Assembly: GCA_013425405.1 (NCBI GenBank)
Contig: JACCLF010000036.1
Coordinates: forward strand, 1 to 57,978
Reading direction: 5' to 3'
Source of the DNA: Candidatus Micrarchaeota archaeon
Lineage (GTDB): Archaea > Micrarchaeota > Micrarchaeia > Burarchaeales > Fermentimicrarchaeaceae
Length of the DNA stretch: 57,978 nt
Program-made: the position numbers and the translations under genes
Notes under the pieces: model-generated
What the model saw: the letters and a program-made list of their open reading frames with translations, nothing else
What the model was told of the DNA's origin: nothing
Databases searched by the model: none
Shown: one piece after another, positions 55,343-57,978 of the stretch
How the letters are laid out: each line of letters opens with the position of its first letter
Numbering within the stretch: the stretch's first letter is position 1

Positions 55343-55882
55343 CTACTCTACTGGTATGTTCTCTGCCTTGGGCTTGCTCTTCTCCTTTTTCTCCAGGCAG
55401 ACTTCCAGCACTCCATTTTTGTAGTTCGCCTTGGCACTCTTTGAATCCACTGCAGCAGGCAGCTTCACTTCCTTGTAGAAGTCGCTCTCCTCCCCAGGAG
55501 CAGAAATTGTGAGCATCCTGTCCGTTGTCTTGAGGTTTATCTGGTTCTTGTTGACACCCGGAAGCTCCACCATGACTGTTATGTCGCCTTCCCTCTCAAT
55601 CACATCCACGAGTGGCTCCCTCTTGTCGCTCACCATGGGCCCCTTCATTGTGGGCTTGACATTCCCAAACTTCTGTATAACGGGCTTGCCGTCAGGGCCG
55701 ACCCTCATGTTGACTCCGAAAACAATGGGCTCGCCGCTCCTGAGCTCCCCCAACCCAGACCCCATAGCTCTCTTCATAAACTCGTCCATCACCCTCCTGA
55801 TTTCCTCAAAATCCCCGAATGAATCATCACTGAAGAAACCAAAAGGATCGTCAAAACCTCTTTTCTTCTTTTTGTCTGCCAT
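55343..55882 (-). CDS. hsp20: small heat-shock protein, Hsp20/alpha-crystallin family
   Basis: Trimmed to MADKKKKRGFDDPF (ATG 55880-55882, after a GGAGGG SD). Alpha-crystallin domain DVIEREGDITVMVELPGV...KANYKNGVLEVCL. Confidence 0.9.
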   Translation of the reverse strand: MADKKKKRGFDDPFGFFSDDSFGDFEEIRRVMDEFMKRAMGSGLGELRSGEPIVFGVNMRVGPDGKPVIQKFGNVKPTMKGPMVSDKREPLVDVIEREGDITVMVELPGVNKNQINLKTTDRMLTISAPGEESDFYKEVKLPAAVDSKSAKANYKNGVLEVCLEKKEKSKPKAENIPVE

Positions 55883-55925
55883 GCGCTCACCCTCCTCTAG
55901 AACATTAGAATGAGAAGATATAAAT

Positions 55926-56432
55926 TCATTTCTTATCCTTTTCTGCAGATTTGCCCTTCTCAATAATTCTCTTGGCAAGCTCCGCCCTGTTGATGAGCTG
56001 CTTGTTGAATTTCTCCTTGTCCTCCGGAGTCATAATTCTTTCATACATGAACTGGCTGTACTCCTGCGATGTCTGCGAAATATTAAGGAGAATGTCATGG
56101 AGCTGCTGGACTGACAGCTTAATCTCCATGGGGCGGATGATATCTATGCCAATCGGCCCGTACCTGAAGCACACATTGACCAGCGAGTTCAAGTCTCTTA
56201 CGAGTATCTTCACCTCTGCGCATGTGGAGTACATGCTCTCATACTCCACAGGCTCCTCAATCTCCCCGGTTGCATACACCACTCCAATCTCATGGGTCAA
56301 CCTGCCTACCATATCCACCATGGAGTTCCTGATTATCTCTGCAGAATTCCCGTGTATATCAAAATACACCACAGCCAGCAGACCTCCCTTCTTCACTATA
56401 TCTTCGTTGACTTCCTCTACAGAACTACTCAT
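55926..56432 (-). CDS. hypothetical protein (168 aa) upstream of hsp20
   Basis: Track ORF, 43 nt upstream of hsp20 on the same strand. Confidence 0.5.
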   Translation of the reverse strand: MSSSVEEVNEDIVKKGGLLAVVYFDIHGNSAEIIRNSMVDMVGRLTHEIGVVYATGEIEEPVEYESMYSTCAEVKILVRDLNSLVNVCFRYGPIGIDIIRPMEIKLSVQQLHDILLNISQTSQEYSQFMYERIMTPEDKEKFNKQLINRAELAKRIIEKGKSAEKDKK

Positions 56433-56589
56433 TGGACAACCTCTCCAGCTTTCCGTCCTTCATTATGAACCTGTGCTCTAGATTTCTTGGGCATACATAT
56501 ACGTCGTTCTGCAGCTCAAGCCTCACAGATATACCTTCCTTAGTGAAGCAGACCAGGCATGCTTTCGTGTTGCTCCAGTCCATCGCCAT
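56425..56589 (-). CDS. possible small zinc-ribbon-like protein (54 aa; below the track cutoff)
   Basis: Own translation: MAMDWSNTKACLVCFTKEGISVRLELQNDVYVCPRNLEHRFIMKDGKLERLSNE. A GGTGGGTGA SD lies upstream. Its stop overlaps the ATG of the 168-aa gene (AATGAGTAG). Confidence 0.35.
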   Translation of the reverse strand: MAMDWSNTKACLVCFTKEGISVRLELQNDVYVCPRNLEHRFIMKDGKLERLSNE

Positions 56590-56636
56590 CTCATCACCCA
56601 CCTATGCTATATTTTTGCGCATTCTTCAATATAAGC

Positions 56637-57944
56637 TTACCCCTTTTTGATTATCTCAATGCATTCCTCAGCGCCAACAAGCTTCTCCTCCCCGCTCCTG
56701 AAATCCCTCAACTTCACCTTGCCCTGCTTCATCTCCTCCCTACCTATTATCACAACATAGGGTATATTGAGTGAATTGGCATAGTTCAACTGCTTTGCCA
56801 GCGATCTTTCCCTCAAATCAATCATTGCAGCAACTCCATTTTTTCTGAATAAACCTGCAATTTTCATGGCTTCCTCCATTGAGCTTTCGTCAACGCTTGC
56901 TATGAACACGCTTTTTTCCCCGGCATCCTTCCTTTCGCCCATAACCTCGGCAATCCTCTCAATGCCAAAGCTTATTCCAGTTGCAGGCATCTCCTTCCCC
57001 AGGAACAGGCCTATCATTTTGTCGTATCTGCCCCCTCCTGCCAGGCTTCCTATCCCCTCTGAGAAGAAAACCTCAAAGATGGGGCCCGTGTAGTATTCCA
57101 TGCCCCTTGCAAGGCTGAAGTCAACCTTGAGATTGCCTTCAGCGCCCATTTTCCTTAAGCATGAGATAAGCTCTCTTGTTTCTGCAATTCCCTCCCTCCC
57201 TTCCTTTATATCGCCTATGAGCTTCTCGCACTCATCAAGCATCCTGTCGGCTTCCCCGCTAAGTGAAATGAGCTCCATGAGCTTCTCCCCAGCCTTCTTC
57301 TCAATTCCTCTTCCTGCCAGCTCCTCAAAAACCTTCTCCTTCCCAATCTTCTCAAGCTTGTCTATAGCCCTGAATGCGTCCTCAACCTTTCCAGCTTCTA
57401 TGCCCGCAAACTTCACCATTGCGGACAGGATTTTCCTGTTGTTCAGCCTCACTGTGAATTCCTTGAAGCCCAGCTCCCTGAAAACATCAACAGTGCAGGC
57501 AACTATCTCGGCATCTGCCAGCATGCTCTCAGAACCAACTATGTCAACATCAGCCTGCCAGAACTCCCTGAGCCTTCCCTTTGCCACATCCCCATACCTC
57601 CAGACGCTGCCAATCTGGTATCTTTTAAAAGGCAGCGGAATATTCGGGTTCATTGCAATAAACCTTGCAAGAGGAACTGTCAGGTCGTACCTCATCCCCA
57701 CTCTCCTGCCGCCCTTATCCTCGAAGTTGTACGTCTCGTTAATTATCTCGCTCCCTCCAGCACCCTTTGCAGACAGCACCTCCCAACTCTCAAGGGCAGG
57801 AGTTTCAAGCGGAGCGAAGCCATAGAGTTTGAAAACTCGTTTGATGCTCCCAAGCATCCTCTCCCTCACCCTCATCTCCTCGGGCTTTATATCCCTCATC
57901 CCCCTTGGGGTTGAAACAGCTTCTGGACTAGGCATATAAGACAC
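56637..57944 (-). CDS. hisS: histidine--tRNA ligase
   Basis: PRGMRDI, class II motifs (FRYE-like WRYGDVAKGRLREFWQ, GGGRYD), and a C-terminal anticodon-binding domain. Confidence 0.95.
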   Translation of the reverse strand: MSYMPSPEAVSTPRGMRDIKPEEMRVRERMLGSIKRVFKLYGFAPLETPALESWEVLSAKGAGGSEIINETYNFEDKGGRRVGMRYDLTVPLARFIAMNPNIPLPFKRYQIGSVWRYGDVAKGRLREFWQADVDIVGSESMLADAEIVACTVDVFRELGFKEFTVRLNNRKILSAMVKFAGIEAGKVEDAFRAIDKLEKIGKEKVFEELAGRGIEKKAGEKLMELISLSGEADRMLDECEKLIGDIKEGREGIAETRELISCLRKMGAEGNLKVDFSLARGMEYYTGPIFEVFFSEGIGSLAGGGRYDKMIGLFLGKEMPATGISFGIERIAEVMGERKDAGEKSVFIASVDESSMEEAMKIAGLFRKNGVAAMIDLRERSLAKQLNYANSLNIPYVVIIGREEMKQGKVKLRDFRSGEEKLVGAEECIEIIKKG

Positions 57945-57978
57945 CTCTCACTAAAGCGCAGCTAGAGAAATCTGAAAA

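Noticed and set aside
1-57978. CRISPR arrays, rRNA genes, IS elements/transposases, integrases
   Set aside because: Scanning the intergenic regions and the ORF translations showed no regularly spaced direct repeats, no rRNA-like segments, and no DDE/tyrosine-recombinase-like ORFs.

Overview
This is an archaeal chromosomal window. The evidence is an archaeal-type AlaRS, Spt5/SecE/L11 and L1/P0/P1 ribosomal genes, CDP-archaeol synthase, Trm1, deoxyhypusine synthase, an intron-containing tRNA, and TATA-box/leaderless promoters. No 16S or other marker allows finer placement; a DPANN- or euryarchaeote-like lineage is only a guess. I support about 65 protein genes and 3 tRNAs (Glu-CUC, Val-CAC, Ala-CGC with intron). 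Most of the window is housekeeping: alaS, trpS, hisS, ftsZ, secE-spt5-rpl11, rpl1-rpl10-rpl12, nadX-nadA plus nadC, panE-panB, a PPAT fusion, an e2b2-AMP phosphorylase-dhs operon, trm1, dCMP deaminase, hsp20, sppA and carS. There is also a PadR-ABC-surface protein-FtsX operon and many predicted secreted or lipobox surface proteins. No CRISPR array, rRNA or recognisable transposase/integrase was seen. Five things deserve a second look. (1) A two-gene cassette of unrecognised small proteins occurs twice, 25.8 kb apart; the copies share a 91-bp block of 100% identity (TATA box, 8-bp palindrome, SD, first 5 codons) while the rest of the genes have diverged. (2) An AT-rich island directly 3' of tRNA-Glu at the left edge encodes a ParB-like protein and a Dam-type methyltransferase operon. 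(3) A 20-nt exact copy of the tRNA-Ala 3' end lies 4.7 kb downstream of that tRNA (att-like bracket), followed by about 0.9 kb with no ORF of 60 aa or more that looks real. (4) A 5.2-kb three-gene insertion splits the normally contiguous L11 | L1-L10-L12 cluster; two of its genes are bracketed by copies of a 14-17 nt motif. (5) panE has its Rossmann motif upstream of any ATG/GTG/TTG and in frame with the preceding gene's TGA. All functional calls come from motif recognition by eye on the supplied translations; no database search was possible.
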